Notes: generated by a model from the sequence alone, not told the origin. Shown: positions 49,940-60,257, numbered from the stretch's first letter. The stretch is 64,000 nt of DNA from an uncultured Acidobacteriota bacterium (GCA_964441405.1 CAYTYP010000002.1:76606-140605), one strand, 5' to 3'. Numbers and translations: made by a program.

Positions 49940-51154
49940 TCACGCTCTAAAAAAGGTCTCGATAAATTGCGAGCCGGTCAACAATCCCAAAGCTCCGCTT
50001 TTAACGCTCTCCTCATCAAAACAGGAAACGGCGTCGCTCTGTTGATGAGGCGAGCGAATCGCTACCGGCACAGGCTCACGCGTATGATTCCCGCTTGCGA
50101 TCGGAGTGGGATGATCCGGGAGAACGGCGACAGTGTTTTCCCATCCTCTTTTTTCAAGCCCTTCGAGCACGCGCTGAATCAGCCGTCGATCCAGGTCTTC
50201 GATACAGCGGATTTTGAGTGGAAGATTTTTCTCGTGTCCGGCTTCATCGGGCGCTTCGACGTGAATGTACACGAAATCGACATCCTCGAGCGCCTTTAAG
50301 GCCGCATCGGCTTTCCCTTCGTAATTGGTGTCGTAAAGCCCTGTGGCGCCATCGACGTCAATCGGTTTCATCCCGGCGTATATCGCCAGTCCTTTAATCA
50401 GATCCACTGCCGTGATGGCGGCTCCGGATATTCCAAAGCGCTGCTGGATTGTTTCCATGACAGGTTTTTTTCCAGGCGCCCATGGCCAAAGGGAATTGGC
50501 CGCCTGCTTTCCTTCTTTGCGTCGCTGCTCATTGATTGGGTGATGTTCGAGAAATGCTTGTGATTCCGCCACGAGGCGGTTCAGCAAATCGGCGGTTCCT
50601 TTCCCATCCGCAGTCGAGGGCTGGATCGCTAATTCTTTCCAGCGTTCCCCTACGTGGTCATGCGGTGGGAAACATTCCAATCGGAACTCGCCGCCTGGAA
50701 CGACCAATACGTGGCGATAACTGAGTCCCGGGTAGAGGCGCAGGTTCCAGTCCTTAAAAAAGGTCTGGGAATCGCGGATCAGCGTGCGTGCTTCTTCTGT
50801 TGTGATGTGTCCCGCGGAATGGCTGCGAATTTTCCCCTCTTCAATGCAGATGAGGTTTACGCGCATCGCCATATCGCTCTGTTCGAGAGGAATCCCAAGG
50901 CTGGCCGCTTCCAGAACCCCCCTGCCTTCCGTTCCTTGGAAAAGCTCGGCCGCGTTGTAGCCGAGCACCGAGAGGTTGGCTATTGCGGAACCGGTCAACA
51001 TCCCGGCATCGATGGTTCGGAACAGGCCTGTGCGCCCTTCCCGGGCAATTCTATCCATCCCCGGTTTTTTGGCTGCCATTAAAGGGGTTTTTCCATCCAA
51101 TTCCGGGATAGGATAATCGGCCATTCCATCGCCTAGGAAAATGACATATTTCAT
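49940..51154 (-). CDS. apgM: Cofactor-independent phosphoglycerate mutase, archaeal type.
   Basis: MKYVIFLGDGMAD...GKTPLMAAKKPGMD and metalloenzyme-superfamily motifs. Confidence 0.8.
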   Translation of the reverse strand: MKYVIFLGDGMADYPIPELDGKTPLMAAKKPGMDRIAREGRTGLFRTIDAGMLTGSAIANLSVLGYNAAELFQGTEGRGVLEAASLGIPLEQSDMAMRVNLICIEEGKIRSHSAGHITTEEARTLIRDSQTFFKDWNLRLYPGLSYRHVLVVPGGEFRLECFPPHDHVGERWKELAIQPSTADGKGTADLLNRLVAESQAFLEHHPINEQRRKEGKQAANSLWPWAPGKKPVMETIQQRFGISGAAITAVDLIKGLAIYAGMKPIDVDGATGLYDTNYEGKADAALKALEDVDFVYIHVEAPDEAGHEKNLPLKIRCIEDLDRRLIQRVLEGLEKRGWENTVAVLPDHPTPIASGNHTREPVPVAIRSPHQQSDAVSCFDEESVKSGALGLLTGSQFIETFFRA

Positions 51155-51218
51155 GAGCACACCTCTGTTCTGCAGCAGCGAGCCGTCGGCGCGGACTGCT
51201 CGCTAAGGATGATAGGTA

Positions 51219-52568
51219 TTAAGCGCCATATGTTTTGAGGAGCAACTTATGGAAAGCTCCATAGTCGTTCGGCATTTCCAGGTATCGTTCCTCTTTGCCT
51301 TCTACCTCTGCAAGAGAGGGGGGCGCCTCCGGAGAGAAACCGAGCAGTTGTTTGATCTCTTCCGGAAACTTGGCCGGATGCGCTGTTTCCACTGAAACAG
51401 CGAACGCGGAGGAATTATTCTTTGCGAGATAACGCTGCAAAGCAAGCCATCCGACCGCGCCGTGCGGCTCCAACAACAAGTGATGCGTCTGCCACGCGTT
51501 CTGAATGGTGCGGCGCGTATCTTCATCATCAATACTGACAGCCCATAACTCTTTCCTCAAACTGGCCATGTCCGGCATTTCGCGAATGGCGCCGGCTTCA
51601 TCCATCCACCCGCCAAACATTGCGACTACCCGGGCGAAGTTGCTGGGGTGCCCCACATTCATGGCGTTGGAGATACAGCACCGCGAAGGAATTATCTTCT
51701 CGTAAATTCCGGTTTCAATGAAACGCGCCACTTCGTCGTTGGCGTTTGTAGCCGTAATGATTTTTTCCACGGGAATTCCCATCCTGGAGGCGAGCAGTGC
51801 GCCCATCATATTCCCGAAATTTCCGGACGGAACGGAAAAAATAACGGGATTTCCGGATCGGGCCAGCCGTACGTAAGCATAGACGTAATAGACGATTTGC
51901 GGAAGCAGGCGGCCGATGTTAATGGAATTTGCAGAGGTCAATTGTATTTTTTGGAGGCTGGCGTCGGAGAAAGCCTGTTTTACGAGAGCCTGACAATCGT
52001 CAAATTTTCCTTCAACCCCGACAGCTATGATGTTTTCCCCCAGAGTCGTCATCTGTTTTCTTTGGCGGTTGCTGACCTCCGCCGGCGGAAACAGAACCAT
52101 GACTTCGACTTGAGGTATTCTGTAAAACGCGTGTGCTACGGCGCTGCCGGTGTCTCCGGAGGTGGCGGTCAGGATCACAATCCGGCCGGAGGCGTTCTTT
52201 CGCAATGCGCTGAACATCTGCCCCATCATTCTTCCGGCAAAATCCTTGAACGAAGCCGTAGGTCCCCGGTCCAGTCGCATTATGTATTTGTTCGAGTCCA
52301 CAGGCTCAATAGGAACTTCGAAATCGTAGGCGCGGCGGCACATTTGCTCCAATGAATGGGTCGAAAAGACGTCGGCTGTAAATTTGCTCAGAACAGCCGC
52401 TGCAATTTCCGGATACGTCTTGCCCTGAAGTGAGGCCAGTTCTCCCGGGGCGAAGAAGGGAATAGTGACCGGCAGATATAGGCCCTTATCCGTCGCCTGT
52501 CCCTGCAAAAGGGCTTCCGCCAAATTCACTTCCGGCGTTTTTCGATTGGTACTTGCGAAAAGCATCAT
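51219..52568 (-). CDS. thrC: Threonine synthase.
   Basis: PLP-lysine context FKDFAGRMMGQ and the fold-type-II architecture with an N-terminal ThrC domain. Confidence 0.85.
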   Translation of the reverse strand: MMLFASTNRKTPEVNLAEALLQGQATDKGLYLPVTIPFFAPGELASLQGKTYPEIAAAVLSKFTADVFSTHSLEQMCRRAYDFEVPIEPVDSNKYIMRLDRGPTASFKDFAGRMMGQMFSALRKNASGRIVILTATSGDTGSAVAHAFYRIPQVEVMVLFPPAEVSNRQRKQMTTLGENIIAVGVEGKFDDCQALVKQAFSDASLQKIQLTSANSINIGRLLPQIVYYVYAYVRLARSGNPVIFSVPSGNFGNMMGALLASRMGIPVEKIITATNANDEVARFIETGIYEKIIPSRCCISNAMNVGHPSNFARVVAMFGGWMDEAGAIREMPDMASLRKELWAVSIDDEDTRRTIQNAWQTHHLLLEPHGAVGWLALQRYLAKNNSSAFAVSVETAHPAKFPEEIKQLLGFSPEAPPSLAEVEGKEERYLEMPNDYGAFHKLLLKTYGA

Positions 52569-52730
52569 TCCAAATATCTCCCCTGCCTATCCTGGGATTC
52601 CGCCCAAACCCTATCATTATACCTGCATGTTGTTTCCTCAAATACGAATTTAAGAGTTTCTCATTTTCTCAATCGTTTTGAACTAAAATAGTGTAAAATC
52701 CTGAGCTTTGATTCGCGCAAAAATTAGGAG

Positions 52731-53594
52731 TTGATTATGACTGAAGCACGTCAAAAAATAACTCTTCCCTATTTGTTTCAGAAGGTTCAACAGGGGGAGC
52801 CCATAACCTGGCTTACATGTTACGACTATCCCACGGGTTATCTTCAGGAGCAGGCGGGCATCGAAATGATCCTGGTTGGCGACAGCCTCGGAATGACGAT
52901 GCTGGGCTATGAGTCTACATTGCCTGTAAAGATGGACGACATGATTCGCCATGCCTGTGCAGTGCGCAGAGGGGCTCCGAATGTATTCCTGGTTGGAGAT
53001 ATGCCGTACATGTCCTATCAACCCAGCAATGAACTGGCGGTGCTCAATGCCGGGCGCTTTATGGCGGAAGCAGGCTGTGATGCGATTAAGCTGGAGGGGG
53101 GCGCCGCAATGGCTCCGCGTATCAAGGCGATTGTGGATGCAGGCATTCCCGCCATTGGGCATCTGGGTTTGACTCCGCAATCCGTCGCTGCGCTTGGAGG
53201 ATTCCGCTTGCAGGGCAAATCCGCTTCGTTGGCAAAAGCCATTGCCGATGACGCCAAAGCGTTGGAAAAAGCAGGAGCATTTTCAATTTTGTTGGAGCTT
53301 GTTCCTGATAGATTATGCAAAATCATAACAGAACGTGCGGAAAACTGTATCATCATGGGTCTCGGTTCGGGCCTTCACGCGCACGGCCAACTATTGATCT
53401 ACCATGATATGTTCGGCCTCTACCCTAAATTTAAACCAAAAATGGCTAAAACCTTCGGCAACGCCGGTGAGGTTATCCTTAACGGATTGAAAGCCTATTC
53501 CAAAGAGGTGAAGGCCAAAGAGTTCCCTGCCAGAGAGAACTGGTTCAGCATGCAGGATGAAGAGTTTGAAGGTTTGAAGAAAATGCTCGGTTAA
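52731..53594 (+). CDS. panB: 3-methyl-2-oxobutanoate hydroxymethyltransferase.
   Basis: ITWLTCYDY...ILVGDSLGM...KLEGG. Confidence 0.9.
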   Translation: MIMTEARQKITLPYLFQKVQQGEPITWLTCYDYPTGYLQEQAGIEMILVGDSLGMTMLGYESTLPVKMDDMIRHACAVRRGAPNVFLVGDMPYMSYQPSNELAVLNAGRFMAEAGCDAIKLEGGAAMAPRIKAIVDAGIPAIGHLGLTPQSVAALGGFRLQGKSASLAKAIADDAKALEKAGAFSILLELVPDRLCKIITERAENCIIMGLGSGLHAHGQLLIYHDMFGLYPKFKPKMAKTFGNAGEVILNGLKAYSKEVKAKEFPARENWFSMQDEEFEGLKKMLG

Positions 53595-53598
53595 TAAT

Positions 53599-53663
53599 TA
53601 AAGACGCCACAGAATACACGGAATTTAAAATTCATAAATTCCGTGTATTTGTGGCGTCTTTTT
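53599..53663. terminator. GCCACGGAA-family hairpin/terminator after panB.
   Basis: aaagacgccacagaatacacggaattt...aaattccgtgtatttgtggcgtcttttt. Confidence 0.7.
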
Positions 53664-53682
53664 ACGCAGATAGGATTCGGCT

Positions 53683-54843
53683 ATGGGATTTGCCAAACGC
53701 ACTCATCATTTGGCGCCGGAAGGCGCGTATCAGGTGTTGGCTAAAGCCGGTCAGTTGGAAGCGGCCGGGAAAGAGATTATTCATTTCGAAATCGGGCAGC
53801 CTGATTATGATACCTTCAGCAACGTCAGCCTGGCGGGAATAAAGGCTATTAGTGAGGGGAAAACCCGCTACACTGATCCGGCTGGAATACCGCCTTTGCG
53901 TAAAGCAATTGCAGAAGACGCGGGTCGAAGGCGCGGCATCGAAATACGCCCGGAAGAAGTCATTATCAGCCCCGGAGGAAAGCCGAACCTGTTTTTCCCG
54001 ACGCTTGCGCTTGTTGAACCGGGCGATGAGGTCATATATCCCAATCCCGGTTTCCCTACCTATGAAGCAATGATCGGAGTGGCAGGCGGCGTGCCTGTTC
54101 CAGTGCCGCTCCTGGAGGAAAACAATTTTTCATTTGATTTGAAAGCCTTCGACAAACTTATTAACCAACGTACAAAAATGGTTATTTTAAATTCCCCAAG
54201 CAATCCGACTGGGGGCGTAATTCCGCGAGCGGATCTTGAACATATCGCCGCTCAGGTCAAAAAGTTTGACTGCTGGGTTATGTCGGATGAAATATACGCG
54301 CGCATTGCCTATGATGGGCTGCAGGTTTTTTCTATCGCATCACTGCCCGGAATGAAAGAAAGAACCATAATCGTTGATGGCTTTTCCAAGAGTTATTCCA
54401 TGACGGGCTGGCGGCTTGGTTTCGGCATAATGCCCAAAAATCTAGTGGAAAACGTCGGCTTGCTCCTCACGCACTCTCTTGGCTCTACCGCGCACTTCAC
54501 GCAATTTGCAGGAGTGGAAGCTGTTGTGGGACCGCAGAATATGGTGGATGGGATGGTGGAGGAGTACCAGCGCCGCAGAGATGTCATTGTTGCGGGATTA
54601 AACTCGATTCCCGGCTTCAGCTGCCAAAAACCGCAAGGCGCCTTTTATGTTTTTCCGAATATTTCCGGCACAGGCATGAAGTCCGGCGATCTGGCCAACC
54701 TTATTCTGGAAAAAGCCGGCGTAGCCTTATTGCCCGGTTCTGCGTTCGGTCAGTATGGCGAGGGATACCTGCGGCTATCCTATGCCACTTCTATCGACGT
54801 TATCGAAAAGGGTTTATCCCGGATTCAATCGGCCCTACAATAA
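53683..54843 (+). CDS. Class-I (aspartate/aromatic-like) pyridoxal-phosphate aminotransferase.
   Basis: NSPSNPTGGV...SKSYSMTGWRLG (PLP lysine context). Confidence 0.8.
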   Translation: MGFAKRTHHLAPEGAYQVLAKAGQLEAAGKEIIHFEIGQPDYDTFSNVSLAGIKAISEGKTRYTDPAGIPPLRKAIAEDAGRRRGIEIRPEEVIISPGGKPNLFFPTLALVEPGDEVIYPNPGFPTYEAMIGVAGGVPVPVPLLEENNFSFDLKAFDKLINQRTKMVILNSPSNPTGGVIPRADLEHIAAQVKKFDCWVMSDEIYARIAYDGLQVFSIASLPGMKERTIIVDGFSKSYSMTGWRLGFGIMPKNLVENVGLLLTHSLGSTAHFTQFAGVEAVVGPQNMVDGMVEEYQRRRDVIVAGLNSIPGFSCQKPQGAFYVFPNISGTGMKSGDLANLILEKAGVALLPGSAFGQYGEGYLRLSYATSIDVIEKGLSRIQSALQ

Positions 54844-55059
54844 AAAAGCCACGGAACACGCATGTAGGAAATAGCATAATAAGGAGCACTGGAAGGGCGA
54901 AACATCTTATTATCCAGATCTTTCTAAACTTCAGGGCTCTCTTATGATCGATGCCCGCCGGGGGTTCGCTACGCTAGCCTGCAACTCATCCCCGGCTATC
55001 CACATTACGCCGCTCCGCGGCTTGAAGCAAAAAAACACGCAAGCAAACGTGGCGTTTTT

Positions 55060-56877
55060 TCATTTTACGGACTGCAGCTTTTTCACTTCTTCGCTATTTT
55101 GCAGTTTGGGATTGATTTCGAGGGCGCGCTTAAGGGCGGCTTCTGAAGCGACACGATCGCCTGCGCCGGCGCTCACAATCGCAAGATGCAGAAAAATATC
55201 CGCATTTTGAGCGCCTGCACCGGCAGCTTCTTTCAGGATTGTGAGAGCCTTGTCCTTTTGACCATTCAAATGATAAATCCATCCTAGAGTATCCATTACA
55301 TTGGGATTGTTTTTCGCCAGCTCATAAGCTTTCTCCGCAAATGGTATCGCCTCCTTGACCGCATTTCCCCTTACGGCTAAAGCGTATGCCAGATTGTTTA
55401 AAAAAAGCGGATTGTCCGGCGAAAGTTTCAGTAGATGACGATAGCGTTCGATCGCCTTGTCATATTGCTGTTCCAGTTCATATAAATTCGCCAGCTTGAA
55501 TTGGGAGGCGGCAAACCGGTCGTCGATTTTATTGGCTTCTTCGAGCGCCTGGCGGGCGCCTATCAGGTCCTGCCTGGCGATGCGCGCTTCAGAGCGCAAT
55601 ATCAGCTTGAAAAATTCAGGCTTGACGCCGGGCGTGCTGCTTGCAGCATCCAGGAGTGTTTGAAGCCGTTTATCGCTGAAATTAACAGGCAGCTCTGTAG
55701 CGGGATCAAGGCCTCCATCCGTTTCCGCTGTTGATAACGATTGAGTCCTGAACGGAGCGCAAAGCGGATCGCCTACAACCACAGTTTGCCAGCTCAGGAA
55801 GGGCATGGCGAGGTAATAGGATTCTATAAGATTGAATCCGGAGAGATAGGCGGGGAACAGGATATTGGGATGAATTGTAGCTTCAAGGGAAGGTTCTGCG
55901 ACATGACCGGCAATGCCTGTTACTCCTTCCCGGATTAAATCCCCGGCCAACGATTGAGGAGAGTTTGCGAACAAAGTGGTTTTGTCATCTTCCCAGGAGC
56001 CGATTTCCCAGGTTGGAGGAGGTTCTGTGAAAGTCCTTCCATCAGAGCTGACGAACATGCCGGCTAATGCGCCGGGGACAAATTCAAATCCAAAATGTCT
56101 TATCCGGATTGCGGGATCGTTCGATCCCCAGGAATAGTAGCCGAGAACATTTTTTTCTTGCGTCAACAGCTTGCCGGTATTGTCAAAAACAATCCGTTCC
56201 TGGAATCCCATTTGACCAAGAAGGTCCGCGGCCTGTTTCAACCAGACATTGCCTTTTTCCGTAAGAGAAGCTTTAGAATCGAGCAGGATTTTGCCTTCCT
56301 TGGAGGGCGTCAACCCGCGGTCGATCAATCCTTTGACATCGGCGAAAGTAAAGCCATCAAGACGGCTGACCAGGAAAATATCTTGATTCTTGTGGCTGAA
56401 TTGTCTAGCTTTAACCGGGGATGCATCCCCCAGGTAATAGGGGTTTTTGATCGGGCCCTTGATCTGAATTGTCTGGCCCAACAATTTTCGATAAAGAAGC
56501 GTTAGTTCGGAATCGACGCTGGCAACAGTTCCATCGGGTTTTGAATCGCCATTGACGCGAAGGGGAATCCCCTTTGTAAGTACAATATATAGAATGCGGT
56601 CTTGAGCTGAGTTGCGTGTCAGCCACGATGCTATCGGCGATTCGATTTGTCTGCTGAATTCCTCCCGGGAGATGGAATCCTCTGTGGCAGTATTTATCCG
56701 GAGAAGGTTTTGCCTCGGCACTCCCCGCTTCTGGGCATAGTACATTCCAATATCCATGGAAAGCGGGCTGGCTTCATTCAGGATCAGTAAAATATTGTCC
56801 GCTGTCTGAGAGAATAGGGGAACGCTGAACAGAAGGAACAGACATAATGATGGGATAAATCTTATGGGATTGTGCAT
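55060..56877 (-). CDS. Secreted protein with a unique N-terminal domain and C-terminal TPR repeats. It may be the TPR component of the adjacent PEP-CTERM/EPS locus.
   Basis: Signal peptide present. The C-terminal TPR helices are clear (YDKAIERYRHLLKLSPDNPLFLNNLAYALAV...). It is divergent from the ExeA-like ATPase. Confidence 0.45.
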   Translation of the reverse strand: MHNPIRFIPSLCLFLLFSVPLFSQTADNILLILNEASPLSMDIGMYYAQKRGVPRQNLLRINTATEDSISREEFSRQIESPIASWLTRNSAQDRILYIVLTKGIPLRVNGDSKPDGTVASVDSELTLLYRKLLGQTIQIKGPIKNPYYLGDASPVKARQFSHKNQDIFLVSRLDGFTFADVKGLIDRGLTPSKEGKILLDSKASLTEKGNVWLKQAADLLGQMGFQERIVFDNTGKLLTQEKNVLGYYSWGSNDPAIRIRHFGFEFVPGALAGMFVSSDGRTFTEPPPTWEIGSWEDDKTTLFANSPQSLAGDLIREGVTGIAGHVAEPSLEATIHPNILFPAYLSGFNLIESYYLAMPFLSWQTVVVGDPLCAPFRTQSLSTAETDGGLDPATELPVNFSDKRLQTLLDAASSTPGVKPEFFKLILRSEARIARQDLIGARQALEEANKIDDRFAASQFKLANLYELEQQYDKAIERYRHLLKLSPDNPLFLNNLAYALAVRGNAVKEAIPFAEKAYELAKNNPNVMDTLGWIYHLNGQKDKALTILKEAAGAGAQNADIFLHLAIVSAGAGDRVASEAALKRALEINPKLQNSEEVKKLQSVK

Positions 56878-56959
56878 TTGTATATAATCGACGGGATGAT
56901 ATGGATTTATCAATCTTAAAATGATTGATGGAATCCGGCGCCTGCCGATAAGGTGTTTG

Positions 56960-57949
56960 ATGTACGAAAAATTTTATGGTTTAAAAGAAAACGCGTTCAA
57001 CCTTACTCCGGATCCTTCGTTTCTTTTTCTCAATAAAAGGAGCAAGGATGCGCTCGATCTCATCTTATATGGGATCGAACGGAGGGAAGGCTTTGCGGTC
57101 ATCATTGGCGATATTGGAACCGGCAAGACGACAATGTGCTGGGCTCTCCTGGACAGGCTGGCAAAGAAGAAAATCTGCACCGCTCTGATTCAGAATCCAA
57201 TGCTTTCCGAAACCGATATCCTGAGGGCGATTCTTCAGGATCTTGGAGTGCGCCCGGAAGCGCCGAATGGCTCTCAAGAATCAGTTAAGGATTCAAAGCT
57301 GTTTGATGCTGACTGGATGCGGGATATGACCAAAAAGCAGCTGATCGATTGCCTCAACATGTTTTTGGTTCAGCGCGCGCAAGAGGATGTATTCACTGTC
57401 CTTATTGTGGATGAAGCCCAAAATATTTCGATGACTCTGCTGGAGCAGTTGCGGCTTCTTTCGAACCTCGAGACTGCAAAGAAGAAACTGCTTCAAATAA
57501 TTTTTGTGGGTCAGTTGGAACTCGATCAAAAACTGAAGCTTCCCTCAATGCGTCAATTAAACCAAAGGATATCCGTTCGTTTTGAAACCAAAGCCTTGTC
57601 GAAACTGGACACAGAGCTTTACATACGCCACAGAATAGCCATTGCCGGCGGTGCGCCGAGATTGGTTTTTGGATCGGGCGCATTCAAAGCGATCTGGCGA
57701 CGATCCAAAGGTTATCCGCGGCTGATCAATCTCATTTGCGATCGGGCCTTGTTGATAGGCTATAACGAGCGTTCTCGCGTGATTTCCCGCGGCATAGTTC
57801 GGCGAGCTGCCAATAGCTTGCAGGGCAAGGATGATGTCGGACCTAGCCTTACGAAAGGTTGGTTTAGAAGGATTATACCTTTTGTAGTTCCAGCCGTTCT
57901 GTTGATAATCGTCCTGATTTTCGCCGTCTATCAAAGTCTAGCGCATTAA
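56960..57949 (+). CDS. ExeA/GspA-like AAA ATPase of the PEP-CTERM-locus subfamily, with a C-terminal TM anchor.
   Basis: MYEKFYGLKENAFNLTPDP (the ExeA N-terminal signature). Walker A GDIGTGKTT and Walker B VLIVDEAQN are present. Confidence 0.7.
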   Translation: MYEKFYGLKENAFNLTPDPSFLFLNKRSKDALDLILYGIERREGFAVIIGDIGTGKTTMCWALLDRLAKKKICTALIQNPMLSETDILRAILQDLGVRPEAPNGSQESVKDSKLFDADWMRDMTKKQLIDCLNMFLVQRAQEDVFTVLIVDEAQNISMTLLEQLRLLSNLETAKKKLLQIIFVGQLELDQKLKLPSMRQLNQRISVRFETKALSKLDTELYIRHRIAIAGGAPRLVFGSGAFKAIWRRSKGYPRLINLICDRALLIGYNERSRVISRGIVRRAANSLQGKDDVGPSLTKGWFRRIIPFVVPAVLLIIVLIFAVYQSLAH

Positions 57950-58183
57950 AAACCATCCGCCATCCGCTCTCAGCATCAGCAAAAAAAGCAGTGCGGGATA
58001 GGATGGTTTTCGAAACTATAAAAGCCGAGTTGTGTGGATAGCTGTCGACTGACTGCTGATGACTGATTACTGACTACTGTTTTTTCTCTTTTTTCTAATT
58101 CTTAATGCCGATAGAGTTGTAGGTATAGACTGGGTTTTGGATCTTGTGCGCCTCCTTCAGAAAAAATGTAGAAAGGAACAACA

Positions 58184-59470
58184 ATGAAAATAGCGGTGGT
58201 GGGACTGGGTTATGTCGGGTTGCCTTTATCTCTGCAGTTCGCCCGCGCAGGGGTCAATGTGCTGGGACTGGATGTGGATCGGGAAAAAGTGGATGCGCTC
58301 AATGCCGGTAAAAGCTATATCAAGCATATCGAGGCAAAGGATATTGCCGAGGTTGTGAATGCCGGCTCTTTTAAGGCTTTCACGGATTTTTCCCGGGTCA
58401 AAGAATCGGAAGCCGTTATTATTTGCGTGCCAACCCCTTTGAATAAGAATCGTGAGCCGGATATCAGCTACATTGTTGAAACCGGAAAATCCATAGCTCC
58501 GCACATGCCGAAGGGTTGCCTGGTCATTCTTGAGTCGACTACCTATCCCGGAACTACGGATGAGGATTTGCGGGAAGTGTTGGAGGCCGGATCCGGTATG
58601 AAAGCCGGGGTGGATTTTCATCTGGCTTTTTCGCCGGAGAGAGAAGATCCAGGCAATCCGGACAGCAAAGTCGCCTTGATTCCCAAGGTTGTGGGAGGGC
58701 TCACGCCTGCTTGTCTGAAAAAAGCTGTTGATCTTTACGGGAAAGCGATAAAAACAATTATCCCTGTATCTTCATGCCGGGCGGCTGAGGCGACCAAGTT
58801 GCTGGAGAATACTTTCCGGGCGGTTAACATAGCCCTGGTTAACGAATTGAAAATTGTTTATGACGCGATGGGCATAGATGTCTGGGAAGTCATTAATTCG
58901 GCGAAAACGAAACCTTTCGGATACATGCCTTTTTATCCTGGACCTGGGCTGGGTGGTCACTGCATCCCGATCGATCCTTTTTACCTGACATGGAAAGCGC
59001 GGGAATATGGCCAGAATACGCGCTTTATCGAATTAGCCGGTGAAATAAATACCTCCATGCCGCTGCATGTAATTAATCGGGTCGCGGACGCTTTAAACGC
59101 GCGCCGCAAGTCTTTGAATGGCGCTAAAGTGCTTATTCTGGGCTTAGCCTATAAAGCGGATGTGGATGATGAGCGCGAATCTCCCAGTTACATGCTGATG
59201 GATCTTTTGACAAAACGCGGAGCAGAGGTGAGCTACTACGATCCTTACATCCCGGTCGTCCGTCCTACGCGCGAGCACGGGCACTGGACGGGAACGCGTT
59301 CCGTATCCTGGAATTCTGAAGTGCTTCGCAGTTTTGACGTGGTCCTAATTTCCACCAATCATAAGGCTGTCGATTATCAGCAATTGGCGGAATGCGCAGA
59401 TTGCATCGTGGACGCACGCAATGCCATGGCTTCGATTAAAACTCGGCCTGGACAAGTCTGGAAAGCGTAA
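58184..59470 (+). CDS. NDP-sugar dehydrogenase (WecC/TviB/WbpA-like UDP-N-acetyl-hexosamine dehydrogenase family).
   Basis: IAVVGLGYVGLPL Rossmann N-terminus and the catalytic Cys context GLGGHCIPIDP. Confidence 0.8.
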   Translation: MKIAVVGLGYVGLPLSLQFARAGVNVLGLDVDREKVDALNAGKSYIKHIEAKDIAEVVNAGSFKAFTDFSRVKESEAVIICVPTPLNKNREPDISYIVETGKSIAPHMPKGCLVILESTTYPGTTDEDLREVLEAGSGMKAGVDFHLAFSPEREDPGNPDSKVALIPKVVGGLTPACLKKAVDLYGKAIKTIIPVSSCRAAEATKLLENTFRAVNIALVNELKIVYDAMGIDVWEVINSAKTKPFGYMPFYPGPGLGGHCIPIDPFYLTWKAREYGQNTRFIELAGEINTSMPLHVINRVADALNARRKSLNGAKVLILGLAYKADVDDERESPSYMLMDLLTKRGAEVSYYDPYIPVVRPTREHGHWTGTRSVSWNSEVLRSFDVVLISTNHKAVDYQQLAECADCIVDARNAMASIKTRPGQVWKA

Positions 59471-59473
59471 CCA

Positions 59474-60184
59474 ATGCAAAATCCATCCTCGGAATCAGGA
59501 ACCGGCGCAAAACAATCTGTTTTTGCGCCGGACGGTTTGTTTTATTCGCCTATAGCTGTTCGCATAGTTCCTTTTGCTGTTTTTGCCGGCCTTACAATGC
59601 TTCAAGGTCAATTCGGCGAAACCGGACAGTACTGGATTTATGCTCTTAAAACGGTTCTAGCCGCTTATCTATTATGGATTATGCGCCGGCATGTTCAGGA
59701 ATTGAAATGGAAGTTGTCATGGGAAGCGGTGGCCGTCGGAGTTTTTGTTTTTATAGCATGGGTGGGCTTGGATGGTCTGTACCCGACGTTCTCTCAACGA
59801 CAGGGGCTATTCAATCCAATGAAAACCTACGGCCAGGGGGCTTATCTGGGCGTTTTGTTTATAGGGGTGCGGATAGCAGGATCCACTCTGATCGTGCCAA
59901 TGCTCGAAGAAGTATTTTATAGGTCACTCCTTTACCGCTTTTTCATTCAGTCGGAATTTTTGAAAATTCCGCTGGGACGGTTTGATTTAAAAGCATTCAT
60001 CATCGTAGGAGCGGCATTCGGAATAAGCCATTTTGAATGGCTTCCCGGGATACTGTGCGCTTTTGCATACCAGGGTCTGGTTTGCCGCAAAAATCGTCTT
60101 GGCGACGCTCTTTGTGCGCATGCAATAACCAATCTCCTTCTTGGAATATGGATAGTCGTTCGAGGCGACTATATCTTCTGGTAA
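59474..60184 (+). CDS. CPBP/CAAX-family intramembrane metalloprotease (PEP-CTERM-locus CAAX-protease-related).
   Basis: The three CPBP motifs are present: LEEVFYRSLL (EExxxR), FGISHF (FxxxH) and HAITN (HxxxN). Confidence 0.7.
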   Translation: MQNPSSESGTGAKQSVFAPDGLFYSPIAVRIVPFAVFAGLTMLQGQFGETGQYWIYALKTVLAAYLLWIMRRHVQELKWKLSWEAVAVGVFVFIAWVGLDGLYPTFSQRQGLFNPMKTYGQGAYLGVLFIGVRIAGSTLIVPMLEEVFYRSLLYRFFIQSEFLKIPLGRFDLKAFIIVGAAFGISHFEWLPGILCAFAYQGLVCRKNRLGDALCAHAITNLLLGIWIVVRGDYIFW

Positions 60185-60186
60185 TT

Positions 60187-60257
60187 CAAAACCGCCACTG
60201 AAAACACTGAATTAATTAACATTTATTAATTCAGCGCATTCCGTGGCGTTTTTTTTT
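60187..60257. terminator. GCCACGGAA-family hairpin followed by T9, after the CAAX protease gene.
   Basis: aaaaccgccactgaaaacactgaattaat...attaattcagcgcattccgtggcgttttttttt. Confidence 0.7.

Noticed and set aside
54944-55210. The 88-aa plus-strand ORF between the aminotransferase and the TPR gene.
   Set aside because: It overlaps the 3' end of the minus-strand TPR gene. It has no SD sequence or motif and is likely spurious.
14331-60257. A CRISPR array, suggested by the recurring GCCACGGAA repeat.
   Set aside because: The copies are dispersed over 46 kb in intergenic regions rather than arranged as direct repeats with regular spacers. They are palindromic with variable loops. No cas genes are present.
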